Shown here in pieces: positions 28,930-43,099 of a stretch of DNA of 64,000 bases. Positions within the stretch are counted from its first letter, which is position 1, and every line of letters starts with the position of its first letter. The notes under the pieces were generated by a model, which saw only the letters and a program-made list of their open reading frames with translations, was not told the DNA's origin and searched no databases. The DNA comes from Mobula hypostoma. Lineage: Eukaryota. The stretch is taken from positions 9,176,001 to 9,240,000 of the forward strand of contig NC_086110.1 in NCBI RefSeq assembly GCF_963921235.1, in the 5' to 3' direction. The position numbers and the translations under genes were made by a program.

Positions 28930-31900
28930 TGCATAGAGAACTTTGGCATTGAATGAAGTATACATTTCAATTTTACTCAAAGGTACTGACAGCAAACCTT
29001 ATAGAAACATATTATTATAAATCCCCACGTGATCCTATGTTTGACAGCTGTTATATCACTTAGGTATTCAAGACAAAAAAGTTGATTTCTCAGAGCATAC
29101 TGTTGTTTAGCAATGATTGAAGTATACATTTCAATGTTACTCAATGGTACTGACTGCAAACCTTATGGAAACATCTAAATATAACTTCCCGCATGTTCCT
29201 GAGATGTTTCACACCATTTATATCACTCAGGTCTTCAAAACAAAAAAGTTGTTTTCTCAGAGCATACTGTTGTTTCGCAATGATTGAAGAATACATTTCA
29301 GTGTTACTCAATGGTACTGACGACAAACCTAATGGAAACATCTAAATATAACTCCCCACATGATGCTGAGAGGTTTGACACCTGTTATATAATTTCGGTA
29401 TTCAAGACAAAGAAGTTGATTTTTCAGAGCCTACATTGATTTAACATGAAAAAGTATACATTTCAATTTTACTCTAAGGTACTGACTGCAAACCTTATAG
29501 AAACATCTTAATATAACACCCCACATGATCCTGAGATGTTTGACACCTGTTACATCACTCAGGTATTCAAGACAAAAAAGTTGATTTCTCAGTGCATAGA
29601 CTACTTTGGCATTGAATGAAGTATACATTTCAATTTTACTCTAAGGTACTGACTGCAAACCTTATGGAAACTTCTCAATATAACACCCCTCAGGATCTTG
29701 AGATATTTCAAACCCTTTACATCACTCAGCTGTTCAAGAAAAAAAAGTTGATTTCTCAGTGAATGCAGTGCTTTGGCACTAAAAGTATATACTTAAATTT
29801 TACTCTAAACTACTAAATGAAAACCTTATAGAAACATCTTAATATAACTCCCCACATGTTCCTGAGATGTTTCACACCATTTATATCACTCAGCTATGCA
29901 AGATAAAAAAGTTGATTTCTCAGTGCATGCAGTGCTTAGGTATTAAGAGAAGTATGTATTTTAATTTTACTGAATAGTACTGAATACAAAACTGGTGGAA
30001 ACATGTTAACATCACTCCCCATACTATTCTGAGTTGTTTAAGACCTGTAACATCACTCTGATCTTCAAGATAAAAAAAGTTGATATCTCAGTGCATGCAG
30101 TGCTTTGGCATTAAAAGGTGTATGTATTTCAATTTTACTCAATAGTACTGACTGCAATCCTAATGGAAACATGTTAACAGAGCTCCCCACATGATCCTGA
30201 GATGTTTGACACTTGTTATTTCACTCAGCTGTTCAAGACAAAGAAGTTGATTTCTCAGTGCGTGCAGTGCATTGGCACTAAAAGTAGATATTTCAGTTTT
30301 ACTCTGAAGTACTGAATGCAAACCTTGTGGATACAACTTAACAAAACTCCCCACATGATCCTGAGATGTTTGACACCTACTATATCACTGAACTCTTCAA
30401 GATAAAAAGTTGATATCTCAGTGCATACAGTGCATTGGCATTGAAAGAAGTTTACATTTCAATTTTACTCAAAGGTACTGACTGCAAACCTGATGCAAAC
30501 ATCTTAACATAACTCCCCCATGATTCTGAGATGTTTGAGACCTGTTATATCACTTAGCCATTCAAGATAAAAAAAGTTGATTTCTCAGTGCATACAGTGC
30601 TTTGGCATTAAAAGAAGTATACATTTGAATTTTACTCAAAGCTACTGACTGCAAACCTTTTGGAAACATCTTAATATATCTCCCCACATGATCCTGAGAT
30701 GTTTGACACCTGTTATATCACTCAGCTATTCAAGACAAAAAGGTGATTTCTCAGTGCATGCAGTGCTTGGCACTAAAAGTATATATTTCAATTTTACTCT
30801 AAAGTACTGAATGCAAACCTAATGTAAACATCTTAACATAACTCCCCACATGATCTTGAGATGTTTGACACCTGTTATATCACTCAGCTATTTACGATAA
30901 AAAAGTTGATTTCTCAGTGTGTACAGTGCTTTGCCATTGATAGAAGTATACATTTCCATTTTACTCAAAGGCACTGAATGCAAACCTGATGCAAACATCT
31001 TAACATATTACCCAAATGATTCTGAGATGTTTGAGACCTGTTATATCACTTAGGTATTGAAGACAAAAAACTTGATTTTTCAGTGCATACAGTGCTTTGG
31101 CGTTAAAAGTATATGTTTCAATTTTACTCTAAACTACTGAATGCAAACTTTATGGAAACATCTTAATATGATTCCCCACATGATTCTGAGATGTTTGACA
31201 CCTGTTATATCACTCAGCTATGCAAGATAAAAGTGTTGATTTCTCAGTGCATACAGTGCTTAGGTATTAAGAGAAGTATGTATTTTAATTTTACTGAATA
31301 GTACTGAATACAAAACTGGTGGAAACATGTTAACATCACTCCCCATACTATTCTGAGTTGTTTAAGACCTGTAACATCACTCTGATCTTCAAGATAAAAA
31401 AGTTGATATCTCAGTGCATGCAGTGCTTTGGCATTAAAAGGTGTATGTATTTCAATTTTACTCAATAGTACTGACTGCAATCCTAATGGAAACATCTTAA
31501 CAGAGCTCCCCACATGATCCTGAGATGTTTGACACTTGTTATTTCACTCAGCTCTTCAAGATAAAAAAGTTGATTTCTCAGTGCATACAAGGATTTAGCA
31601 TTGAATGAAGTATACATTTGAATTTTACTCAAAGTTACTGCATGCAAACCTTATGGAAACATCTTAATATATCTCCCCACATGATCCTGAGATGTTTGAC
31701 ACCTGTTATATCACTCAGCTATTCAAGACAAAACAGTTGATTTCTCAGTGCATGCAGTGCTTTGGCACTATAAGGATATATTTCAAATTTACTCTAGAGT
31801 ACTGACTGCAAACCTTATGGAAACATCTAAATATAACTTCCCGCATGATCCTGAGATGTTTGACACCTGTTATATCACTCAGGTATTCAAGACAAAAAAG

Positions 31901-34650
31901 TTGATTTCTCAGTGCATAGAGTACTTTGGCATTGAATGAAGTATACATTTCAATTTTACTCAAAGGTACTGACTGCAAACCTTATAGAAACATATTAATA
32001 TAAATCCCCACATGATCCTGAGATGTTTGACAGCTGTTATATCACTTAGGTATTCAAGACAAAAAAGTTGATTTCTCAGAGCATACTGTTGTTTAGCAAT
32101 GATTGAAGTATACATTTCAATGTTACTCAATGGTACTGACTGCAAACCTTATGGAAACATCTAAATATAACTTCCCGCATGTTCCTGAGATGTTTCACAC
32201 CATTTATATCACTCAGGTCTTCAAAACAAAAAAGTTGTTTTCTCAGAGCATACTGTTGTTTCGCAATGATTGAAGAATACATTTCAGTGTTACTCAATGG
32301 TACTGACGACAAACCTAATGGAAACATCTAAATATAACTCCCCACATGATGCTGAGAGGTTTGACACCTGTTATATAATTTCGGTATTCAAGACAAAGAA
32401 GTTGATTTTTCAGAGCCTGCATTGATTTAACATGAAAAAGTATACATTTCAATTTTACTCTAAGGTACTGACTGCAAACCTTATAGAAACATCTTAATAT
32501 AACACCCCACATGATCCTGAGATGTTTGACACCTGTTACATCACTCAGGTATTCAAGACAAAAAAGTTGATTTCTCAGTGCATAGACTACTTTGGCATTG
32601 AATGAAGTATACATTTCAATTTTACTCTAAGGTACTGACTGCAAACCTTATGGAAACTTCTCAATATAACACCCCTCAGGATCTTGAGATATTTCAAACC
32701 CTTTACATTACTCAGCTGTTCAAGAAAAAAAAAGTTGATTTCTCAGTGAATGCAGTGCTTTGGCACTAAAAGTATATACTTAAATTTTACTCTAAACTAC
32801 TAAATGAAAACCTTATAGAAACATCTTAATATAACTCCCCACATGTTCCTGAGATGTTTCACACCATTTATATCACTCAGCTATGCAAGATAAAAAAGTT
32901 GATTTCTCAGTGCATACAGTGCTTAGATATTAAGAGAAGTATGTATTTTAATTTTACTGAATAGTACTGAATACAAAACTGGTGGAAACATGTTAACATC
33001 ACTCCCCATACTATTCTGAGTTGTTTAAGACCTGTAACATCACTCTGATCTTCAAGATAAAAAAAGTTGATATCTCAGTGCATGCAGTGCTTTGGCATTA
33101 AAAGGTGTATGTATTTCAATTTTACTCAATAGTACTGACTGCAATCCTAATGGAAACATGTTAACAGAGCTCCCCACATGATCCTGAGATGTTTGACACT
33201 TGTTATTTCACTCAGCTGTTCAAGACAAAGAAGTTGATTTCTCAGTGCGTGCAGTGCATTGGCACTAAAAGTAGATATTTCAGTTTTACTCTGAAGTACT
33301 GAATGCAAACCTTGTGGATACAACTTAACAAAACTCCCCACATGATCCTGAGATGTTTGACACCTACTATATCACTGAACTCTTCAAGATAAAAAGTTGA
33401 TATCTCAGTGCATACAGTGCATTGGCATTGAAAGAAGTTTACATTTCAATTTTACTCAAAGGTACTGACTGCAAACCTGATGCAAACATCTTAACATAAC
33501 TCCCCCATGATTCTGAGATGTTTGAGACCTGTTATATCACTTAGCCATTCAAGATAAAAAAAGTTGATTTCTCAGTGCATACAGTGCTTTGGCATTAAAA
33601 GAAGTATACATTTGAATTTTACTCAAAGCTACTGACTGCAAACCTTTTGGAAACATCTTAATATATCTCCCCACATGATCCTGAGATGTTTGACACCTGT
33701 TATATCACTCAGCTATTCAAGACAAAAAGGTGATTTCTCAGTGCATGCAGTGCTTGGCACTAAAAGTATATATTTCAATTTTACTCTAAAGTACTGAATG
33801 CAAACCTAATGTAAACATCTTAACATAACTCCCCACATGATCTTGAGATGTTTGACACCTGTTATATCACTCAGCTATTTACGATAAAAATGTTGATTTC
33901 TCAGTGTGTACAGTGCTTTGCCATTGATAGAAGTATACATTTCCATTTTACTCAAAGGCACTGAATGCAAACCTGATGCAAACATCTTAACATATTACCC
34001 AAATGATTCTGAGATGTTTGAGACCTGTTATATCACTTAGGTATTGAAGACAAAAAACTTGATTTTTCAGTGCATACAGTGCTTTGGCGTTAAAAGTATA
34101 TGTTTCAATTTTACTCTAAACTACTGAATGCAAACTTTATGGAAACATCTTAATATGATTCCCCACATGATTCTGAGATGTTTGACACCTGTTATATCAC
34201 TCAGCTATGCAAGATAAAAGTGTTGATTTCTCAGTGCATACAGTGCTTAGGTATTAAGAGAAGTATGTATTTTAATTTTACTGAATAGTACTGAATACAA
34301 AACTGGTGGAAACATGTTAACATCACTCCCCATACTATTCTGAGTTGTTTAAGACCTGTAACATCACTCTGATCTTCAAGATAAAAAAGTTGATATCTCA
34401 GTGCATGCAGTGCTTTGGCATTAAAAGGTGTATGTATTTCAATTTTACTCAATAGTACTGACTGCAATCCTAATGGAAACATCTTAACATAGCTCCCCAC
34501 ATGATCCTGAGATGTTTGACACTTGTTATTTCACTCAGCTCTTCAAGATAAAAAAGTTGATTTCTCAGTGCATACAAGGATTTAGCATTGAATGAAGTAT
34601 ACATTTGAATTTTACTCAAAGTTACTGCATGCAAACCTTATGGAAACATC
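28930..34650. repeat. 18-monomer (2987 bp) tandem duplication
   Basis: Markers recur at a 2986-2987 bp offset: ORFs 29141/32127, 30160/33147 and 31244/34231, and the CCCCTCAGGATCTTGAGATATTTCAAACCC variant near 29685 and 32672. Confidence 0.9.
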
Positions 34651-37600
34651 TAAATATAACTTCCCGCATGATCCTGAGATGTTTCACACCTGTTATATCA
34701 CTCAGCTATTTAAGACAAAAAAGTTGATTTCTCAGTGCGTGTAGTGGTTTGGCACTAAAAGTATATATTTCAATTTTACTCTAAAGTACTGAATGCAAAC
34801 CCTATGGAAATGTCTTAACATAACTCCCCATATGATCCTGAGATGTTTGACACCTGCTATATCACCCAGCTATTCAAGATAAAAAAGTTGATTTCTCAGT
34901 GCAGACATTGCATTGGCATTGAAGGAAGTATAGCTTTCCATTTTACTCAAAGGCACTGACTGCAAACCTGATGCAAACATCTTAACATATGCCTGAAATT
35001 ACTCTGAGATGTTTGAGACCTGTTATATCACTTAGATATTCAAGACAAAAAAGTTGATTTCTCAGTGTATGCATTGCATTGGCACTAAAAGTAGATATTT
35101 CAATTTTACTCTAAAGTACTGAACGGAAACCTTATGGATACAACTTAACATAATTCCACACATGATCCTGAGATGTTTGACACCTGCTATATCACTGAGC
35201 TCTTCAAGATAAAAAAAGGTTGATATCTCAGTGCATACAGTGCTTCGGCACTCCAACGTGTACACATTTCAATTTTACTCAATAGTACTGACTGCAAACC
35301 TAATGGAAACATCTTAACATAGTTCCCCACATGATCCTGAGATGTCTGACACTTGTTATATCACTCAGCTATGCAAGATAAAAAAGTTGATTTCTCAGTG
35401 CATACAGTGCTTTGGCATTAAAAGAACTATACATTTGAATTTTACTCAAAGCTACTGACTGCAAACCTTTTGGAAACATCTTAATATATCTCCCCACATG
35501 ATCCTGAGATGTTTGACACCTGTTATATCACTCAGCTATTCAAGACAAAAAGTTGATTTCTCAGTGCATGCAGTGCTTGGCACTTCAAGTATATATTTCA
35601 ATTTTACTCTAAAGTACTGAATGCAAACCTAATGTAAACATCTTAACATAACTCCCCACATGATCCTGAGATGTTTGACACCTGTTATATCTCTCAGCTA
35701 TTTAAGATAAAAAAAGTTGATTTCTCAGTGCATACAGTGCTTAGGTATTAAGAGAAGTATGTATTTTACTTTTACTGAATAGTACTGAATACAAAACTGG
35801 TGGAAACATGTTAACAACACTCCCCATACTATTCTGAGTTGTTTAAGACCTGTAACATCACTCTGATCTTCAAGATAAAAAAGTTGATATCTCAGTGCAT
35901 GCAGTGCTTTGGCATTAAAAGGTGTATGTATTTCAATTTTACTCAATAGTACTGACTGCAATCCTAATGGAAACATCTTAACATAGCTCCCCACATGATC
36001 CTGAGATGTTTGACACTTGTTATTTCACTCAGCTCTTCAAGATAAAAAAGTTGATTTCTCAGTGCATACAAGGATTTAGCATTGAATGAAGTATACATTT
36101 GAATTTTACTCAAAGTTACTGCATGCAAACCTTATGGAAACATCTTAATATATCTCCCCACATGATCCTGAGATGTTTGACACCTGTTATATCACTCAGC
36201 TATTCAAGACAAAACAGTTGATTTCTCAGTGCATGCAGTGCTTTGGCACTAAAAGGATATATTTCAAATTTACTCTAGAGTACTGACTGCAAACCTTATG
36301 GAAACATCTAAATATAACTTCCCGCATGATCCTGAGATGTTTCACACCTGTTATATCACTCAGCTATTCAAGACAAAAAAGTTGATTTCTCAGTGCGTGT
36401 AGTGGTTTGGCACTAAAAGTATATATTTCAATTTTACTCTAAAGTACTGAATGCAAACCCTATGGAAATGTCTTAACATAACTCCCCATATGATCCTGAG
36501 ATGTTTGACACCTGCTATATCACCCAGCTATTCAAGATAAAAAAGTTGATTTCTCAGTGCAGACATTGCATTGGCATTGAAGGAAGTATAGCTTTCCATT
36601 TTACTCAAAGGCACTGACTGCAAACCTGATGCAAACATCTTAACATATGCCTGAAATTACTCTGAGATGCTTGAGACCTGTTATATCACTTAGATATTCA
36701 AGACAAAAAAGTTGATTTCTCAGTGTATGCATTGCATTGGCACTAAAAGTAGATATTTCAATTTTACTCTAAAGTACTGAACGGAAACCTTATGGATACA
36801 ACTTAACATATTCCACACATGATCCTGAGATGTTTGACACCTGCTATATCACTGAGCTCTTCAAGATAAAAAGTTGATATCTCAGTGCATACAGTGCTTC
36901 GGCATTACAAGGTGTACACATTTCAATTTTACTCAAAGGTACTGACTGCAAACCTTTTGGAAACATCTTAAAATATCTCCCCACATGATTCTGAGATGTT
37001 TGAGACCTGTTATATCACTTAGCCATTCAAGATAAAAAAGTTGATTTCTCAGCGCATACAGTGCTTTGGCATTAAAAGAAGTATACATTTGAAATTTACT
37101 CAAAGCTACTGACTGCAAACCTTTTGGAAACATCTTAATATATCTCCCCACATGATCCTGAGATGTTTGACACCTGTTATATCACTCAGCTATTCAAGAC
37201 AAAAAGGAGATTTCTCAGTGCATGCAGTGCTTTGGCACTAAAAGTATATATTTCAATTTTACTCTAAAGTACTGAATGCAAACCTATGGAAACATCTTTA
37301 TATAACTCCCCAGATGATTCTGAGATGTTTGACAACTGATATATCACTCAGGTATTCAAGACAAATAAGTTGGTTTCTCAGTGCATGCAGTGCTTTGGCA
37401 CTAAAAGTATATATTTCAATTTTACTCTAAAGTACTGAATGCAAACCTAATGTAAACATCTTAACATAACTCACCACATGATCCTGAGATGTTTGACACC
37501 TGTTACATCACTCAGCTATTTAAGATAAAAAAAGTTGATTTCTCAGTGCGTACAGTGCTTTGCCATTGATAGAAGTATATTTTTCCATTTTACTCAAAGG

Positions 37601-40600
37601 CACTGAATGCAAACCTGATGCAAACATCTTAACATAATACCCAAATGATTCTGAGATGTTTGAGATCTGTTATATCACTTAGGTATTGAAGACAAAAAAC
37701 TTGATTTTTCAGTGCATTCAGTGCTTTGGCATTAAAAGTATATATTTCAATTTTACTCTAAACTACTGAATGCAAACTTTATGGAAACATCTTAATATGA
37801 TTCCCCACATGATTCTGAGATGTTTGACACCTCTTATATCACTCAGCTATGCAAGATAAAAAAGTTGATTTCTCAGTGCATACAGTGCTTAGGTATTAAG
37901 AGAAGTATGTATTTCAATTTTACTGAATATTACTGAATACAAAACTGGTGGGAAAATGTTAACATCACTCCCCATACTATTCTGAGTTGTTTAAGACCTG
38001 TAACATCACTCTGATCTTCAAGATAAAAAACTTGATATCTCAGTGCATGCAGTGCTTTGGCATTAAAAGGTGTATGTATTTCAATTTTACTCAATAGTAC
38101 TGACTGCAAACCTAATGGAAACATCTTAACATAGCTCCCCACATGATCCTGAGATGTTTGACACCTGTTATATCACTCAGCTATTCAAGACAAAACAGTT
38201 GATCTCTCAGTGCATGCAGTGCTTTGGCACTAAAAGGATATATTTCAAATTTACTCTAGAGTACTGAATGGAAACCTTATGGAAACATCTTAACATAACT
38301 CCCCACATGATCCTGAGATGTTTAACACCTGTTATATCACTCAGGTACTCAAGACAAAAAAGTTGATTTCTCAGTGCGTGTAGTGGTTTGGCACTAAAAG
38401 TATATATTTCAATTTTACTCTAAAGTACTGAATGCAAACCCTATGGAAATATCTTAACATAACTCCCCATATTATCCTGAGATGTTTGACACCTGCTATA
38501 TCACCCAGCTATTCAAGATAAAAAAGTTGATTTCTCTGTGCATACATTGCATTGGCATTGAAGGAAGTATACCTTTCCATTTTACTCAAAGGCACTGACT
38601 GCAAACCTGATGCAAACATCTTAACATATGCCCGAAATTATTCTGAGATGTTTGAGACCTGTTATATCACTTAGGTATTGAAGACAAAAAACTTGATTTC
38701 TCAGTGCATACAGTGCTTTGGCATTAAAAGTATATATTTCAATTTTACTCTAAACTACTGAATGCAAACTTTATGGAAACATCTTAATATGATTCCCCAC
38801 ATGATTCTGAGATGTTTGACACTTGTTATATCACTCAGCTATGCAAGATAAAAAAGTTGATTTCTCAGTGCATGCAGTGCATTGGCATTGAAATAAGTTT
38901 ACATTTCAATTTTACTCTAAAGTTCTGAGTGCAAACTTTATGGAAAAATCTTAATATAACTCGCCATATGATTCTGAGTTGTCTGAGAGCTGTTATATTA
39001 CTTAGCTATTCAAGATAAAAAGAGTTGATTTCACACTGCCTACAGTGCATTGGCATTGAAAGAAGTATACATTTCACTTTTACTCAAAGGTACTGACTGC
39101 AAACTTGATGGAAACATCTTAACATAACTCCCCACATGATTCTGCGTTGTTTGAGAGCTGTTATATCACTTAGATATTCAAGATAAAAAAGTTGATTTCT
39201 CACTGCATACAGTGCATTGGTATTGAAAGAGGTATACATTTCAATTTTACTCAAAGGTAGTGACTGCACACCTTATGGAAACATCCTTACATAAGTCACC
39301 AATGATTCTGAGATGTTTGACACCTGTTTTATCACTCAGTTATTCAAGATAAAAAAGTTGATTTCTCAGTACATACAGTGCTTTTGCATTAAAAGAGGTA
39401 TATATTTGAATTCTACTCTAAGGTACTGAATGCAAACCTTATGGCAACATCTTAATATAATTCCCCACATGATCCTGAGATGTTTGACAGCTGTTATATC
39501 ACTTAGCTATTCAAGATAAAGAAGTTGATTTCTCAGTGCATACAGTCCTTTGGCATTAAAATATGTAAGTATTTGAATTTTACTCCATAGTAGTGAATGC
39601 AAACCTGATGGGAACAACTTAACATCACTCCCCACATGATTGCCAGATGTTTGACACCTGGTATTATCACTGAGTTCTTCAAGATAAAAAAGTTGGTATC
39701 TCAGTGCATACAGTGCATTGGCTTTGAAAGAAGTATACATTTCAATTTTACTCAAAGGTACTGACTGCAAACCTGATGCAATCATCTTACCAGAACTCCC
39801 CACATGATTCTGAGATGTTTGACACCTGTTATATCACTCAGCTATTCAAGATAAAAAAGTTGATTTCTCAGTGGATACAGTGCATTGGCATTGAAAGAAG
39901 TTTACATTTCAATTTTACTCAAAGGTACTGACTGCAAACCTTTTGGAAACATCTTAATATATCTCCCCACAATATTCTGAGATGTTTGAGACCTGTTATA
40001 TCACTTAGCCATTCAAGATAAAAAAGTTGATTTCTCAGTGCATACAGTGCTTTGGCATTAAAAGAAGTATACATTTGAAATTTACTCAAAGCTACTGACT
40101 GCAAACCTTTTGGAAACATCTTAATATATCTCCCCACATGATCCTGAGATGTTTGACACCTGTTATATCACTCAGCTATTCAAGACAAAAAGGAGATTTC
40201 TCAGTGCATGCACTGCTTTGGCACTAAAAGTATATATTTCAATTTTACTCTAAAGTACTGAATGCAAACCTTATGGAAACATCTTTATATAACTCCCCAG
40301 ATGATTCTGAGATGTTTGACAACTGATATATCACTCAGGTATTCAAGACAAATAAGTTGATTTCTCAGTGCATGCAGTGCTTTGGCACTAAAAGTATATA
40401 TTTCAATTTTACTCTAAAGTACTGAATGCAAACCTAATGTAAACATCTTAACATAACTCACCACATGATCCTGAGATGTTTGACACCTGTTATATCACTC
40501 AGCTATTCAAGACAAAAAGTTGATTTCTCAGTGCATGCAGTGCTTGGCACTAGAAGTATGTATTTCAATTTTACTCTATATTACTGAATGCAAACCTTAT

Positions 40601-41552
40601 GCAACCATCTTAGTATAACTCCACACATGATTCTGAGTTGTCTGAGAGGTGTTATATCACTTAGCTATTCAAGATAAATTAAGTTGATTTCTCACTGCCT
40701 ACAGTGCATTAGCATTGATAGAAGTATACATTTCAATTTTACTCTAGGCTGCTGACTGCAAACCTGATGGAAACATCCTGACATAACTCCCCACATGATT
40801 GTGAAATGTTTGACACCTGTTATATCACTAGCTATTCAAGATAAAAAAAAGTTGATTTCTCACTGCCTACAGTGCATTGGCATTGAAAGAAGTATACATT
40901 TCAATTTTACTCAAAGGTACTGACGGCAAACCTGATGCAAACATCTTAACATAACTTCCCAGATGATTCTACGTTTTCTGAGAGCTGTTATATCACATAG
41001 CAATTCAAGAAAAAAAAGTTGATTTCTCACTGCATACAGAGCTTTGGCATTGAAAGAGGTATACATTTCAATTTTACTCAAAGGTAGTGACTGCAAACCT
41101 GATGGAAACATCCTTACATAACTCTCCACATGATTCTGAGGTGTTTGACAGCTGTTATATAACTCAGCTATTCAAGATAAAAAAGTTGATTTCTCAGTGC
41201 ATACAGTGCTTTGGCATTAAAAGACGTATATATTTTAATTTTACTCTGAAGTACTGAATGCAAACCTTATGGCAACATCTTAATATGAACTCCCCAGATG
41301 ATTCTGAGTTGTCTGGGAGCTGTTATATTACTTAGGTATTCAAGATAAAAAAAAAAGTTGATTTCCGACTGCATACAGAGCTTTGGCATTGAAAGAAGTG
41401 TACATTTCAATTTTACTCAAAGGTACAGACTGCAAACCTAATGGAAACATGTTAACATAACTCCCCACATGATTCTGAGTTGTCTGAGAGCTGTTATATG
41501 ACTTAGGTATTCAAGATAAAAAAAGTTGATTTCTCAGTGGATAGAGTGCTTT

Positions 41553-41747
41553 TGTAGCGATGTGCTACACACAGCACTAGAATAACCACACGGAGTCGGT
41601 GATTTAGAGTTGCGAAGAAAGAGATTTATTCAAACTTCGCGGCCCGCTTTAAAGCCTTCCCGTTCCCGCCCTTTTTGCTGCCGGCCCTCTGCCTGCGCGC
41701 GCTGTTTCGTGAGCCGGTTCGTGGGTGTCAGAAAGTGGGTCGCCACA
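41553..41747 (-). mobile_element. Gypsy 3' LTR (195 bp)
   Basis: TGTAGCGATG...GTCGCCACA on the + strand; 6 substitutions relative to the copy at 45469-45663; next to a C15 run. Confidence 0.96.
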
Positions 41748-41750
41748 TAA

Positions 41751-41765
41751 CCCCCCCCCCCCCCC
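41751..41765 (-). other. Polypurine tract (G15) of the Gypsy element
   Basis: 15 consecutive C on + (G15 on -), 3 nt upstream of the 3' LTR TG on the minus strand. Confidence 0.88.
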
Positions 41766-41769
41766 AGAA

Positions 41770-43099
41770 CCGGCGATACCTCCCCCAATGTCCACCGTCT
41801 GGATCGGCCTCTGTTTGGGAGGTCTGCCCCTGCGCCGCGGTGCCTGAGCCTGGACCGGTTGCGCCAAGTCCACATGGGACGGTTTGAGTCGGTCCACCGT
41901 GAAAACCTCCTCTCTCCCCCCAATGTCCAGCACGAACGTGGACCCGTTGTTCCTGATCACCTTAAACGGCCCCTCGTAGGGCCGCTGTAGTGGTGCCCGG
42001 TGTCCGCCCCGTCGTACAAAAAGAAACTTACAGTTCTGCAGGTCTTTGGGTACGCAGGTCGGGCTCTGTCCGTGCTGTGAAGTGGGTCTGGGGGCCAGGT
42101 TACCGATCCTCTCCCGTAGTCTGTCCAGGACTGCTGTGGGTTCTTCCTCTTGCCCCCTTGGGGCTGGTATGAACTCTCCTGGGACGACCAGGGGCGCGCC
42201 GTACACCAACTCGGCCGACGAGGTGTGTAGATCCTCCTTGGGCGCCGTACGGATTCCGAGCAGGATCCAGGGAAGTTCGTCCACCCAGTTGGGCCCCTCC
42301 AGGCGGGCCATGAGAGCCGATTTCAGGTGACGGTGGAAGCGCTCCACTAGTCCGTTCGACTGTGGGTGGTAGGCAGTTGTGTGGTGTAGCTGTGTTCCTA
42401 AAAGTCTGGCTGTAGCCGACCACAGGCTGGAGGTGAACTGGGCGCCCCTGTCGGAGGTAATGTGGGCCGGTACCCCAAAGCGTGCTACCCAGGTTGCGAT
42501 CAGTGCTCGGGCTCAGGATTCGGAGGTGGTGTCGCTGAGCGGGACTGCCTCTGGCCATCTGGTGAACCGGTCTATCATAGTTAGGAGGTACCGCGCTCCT
42601 CGTGACACTGGCAGGGGCCCCACGATATCCACATGGATGTGGTCGAACCTCCGGCGAGTGGGTTCGAACCGCTGCGGTGGAGCCTTGGTGTGCCGCTGCA
42701 CCTTGGCCGTTTGGCACTGCATACACGTTTTGGCCCATTCACTGACCTGTTTACGAAGTCCATGCCACACGAACCTGTTGGAGACCAGCCGGACAGTTGT
42801 CCTAATGGAGGGGTGCGCTAAGTTGTGAATGGATTGGAACACCCGCCGGCGCCAGGCTGCTGGGACGACGAGGCGGGGTTGGCCAGTAGCTACGTCACAT
42901 AGTAGGGTCCTCTCACCTGGGCCTACGGGGAGGTCTTGGAGCTGCAAACCGGAGACTGCAGTCCTGTAACTGGGGATCTCAGCGTCTGCCTGCTGTGTCT
43001 CTGCCAGCGCTGCATAGTCCACTCCCTGGGACAGGGCCTGTATGGTAGGTCTGGAAAGTGCGTCTGCCACGACATTGTTCTTTCCAGAGACATGCCGGA
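41770..43099 (-). pseudogene. pol: Gypsy integrase with one premature stop
   Basis: ORFs 42513..43070 (HNLAHP...CMQCQ...HVDIVGPLP...IDRFTRWPEA) and 41649..42347 (ERFHRHLK...PYEGPFKV) share a frame and are separated by TGA at 42513-42515. The region between reads ARALIATWVARFGVPAHITSDRGAQFTS. Confidence 0.93.

Larger units (their letters stand above)
1..41552. repeat. Tandem satellite DNA array, monomer 163-168 bp (main classes 167, 165 and 164 bp), about 250 copies; candidate centromeric/pericentromeric satellite
   Basis: Continuous head-to-tail repeats of approximate consensus ACTCAGGTATTCAAGACAAAAAAGTTGATTTCTCAGTGCATAGAGTGCTTTGGCATTGAATGAAGTATACATTTCAATTTTACTCAAAGGTACTGAATGCAAACCTTATGGAAACATCTTAATATAACTCCCCACATGATCCTGAGATGTTTGACACCTGTTATATC. 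Spurious ORFs recur at 164/167-bp offsets (7076/7243, 2590/2754). The array runs off the left edge. The centromeric role is inference only. Confidence 0.98.

Noticed and set aside
45-41129. About 100 near-identical 60-117 aa ORFs in the satellite (for example MHSVLLSKIEMYTSFNAK...HLRIMWGVILRCFHKVC)
   Set aside because: They are by-products of one stop-poor minus-strand frame in the monomer. They shift frame with each 164/165/167-bp unit and show no domain, splice or codon evidence.
41340-41360. Variable A-tract length (5-10 A) in the monomer as a meaningful signal
   Set aside because: Homopolymer slippage or sequencing error cannot be excluded without reads.
1-41552. CRISPR-like repeat-spacer array, or an array paired with an adjacent RT as a dedicated system
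   Set aside because: The variable segments are homologous alleles rather than unique spacers, there are no cas genes, and the context is vertebrate. The neighbouring RT belongs to an ordinary Gypsy element that inserted secondarily, with LTRs and a TSD.
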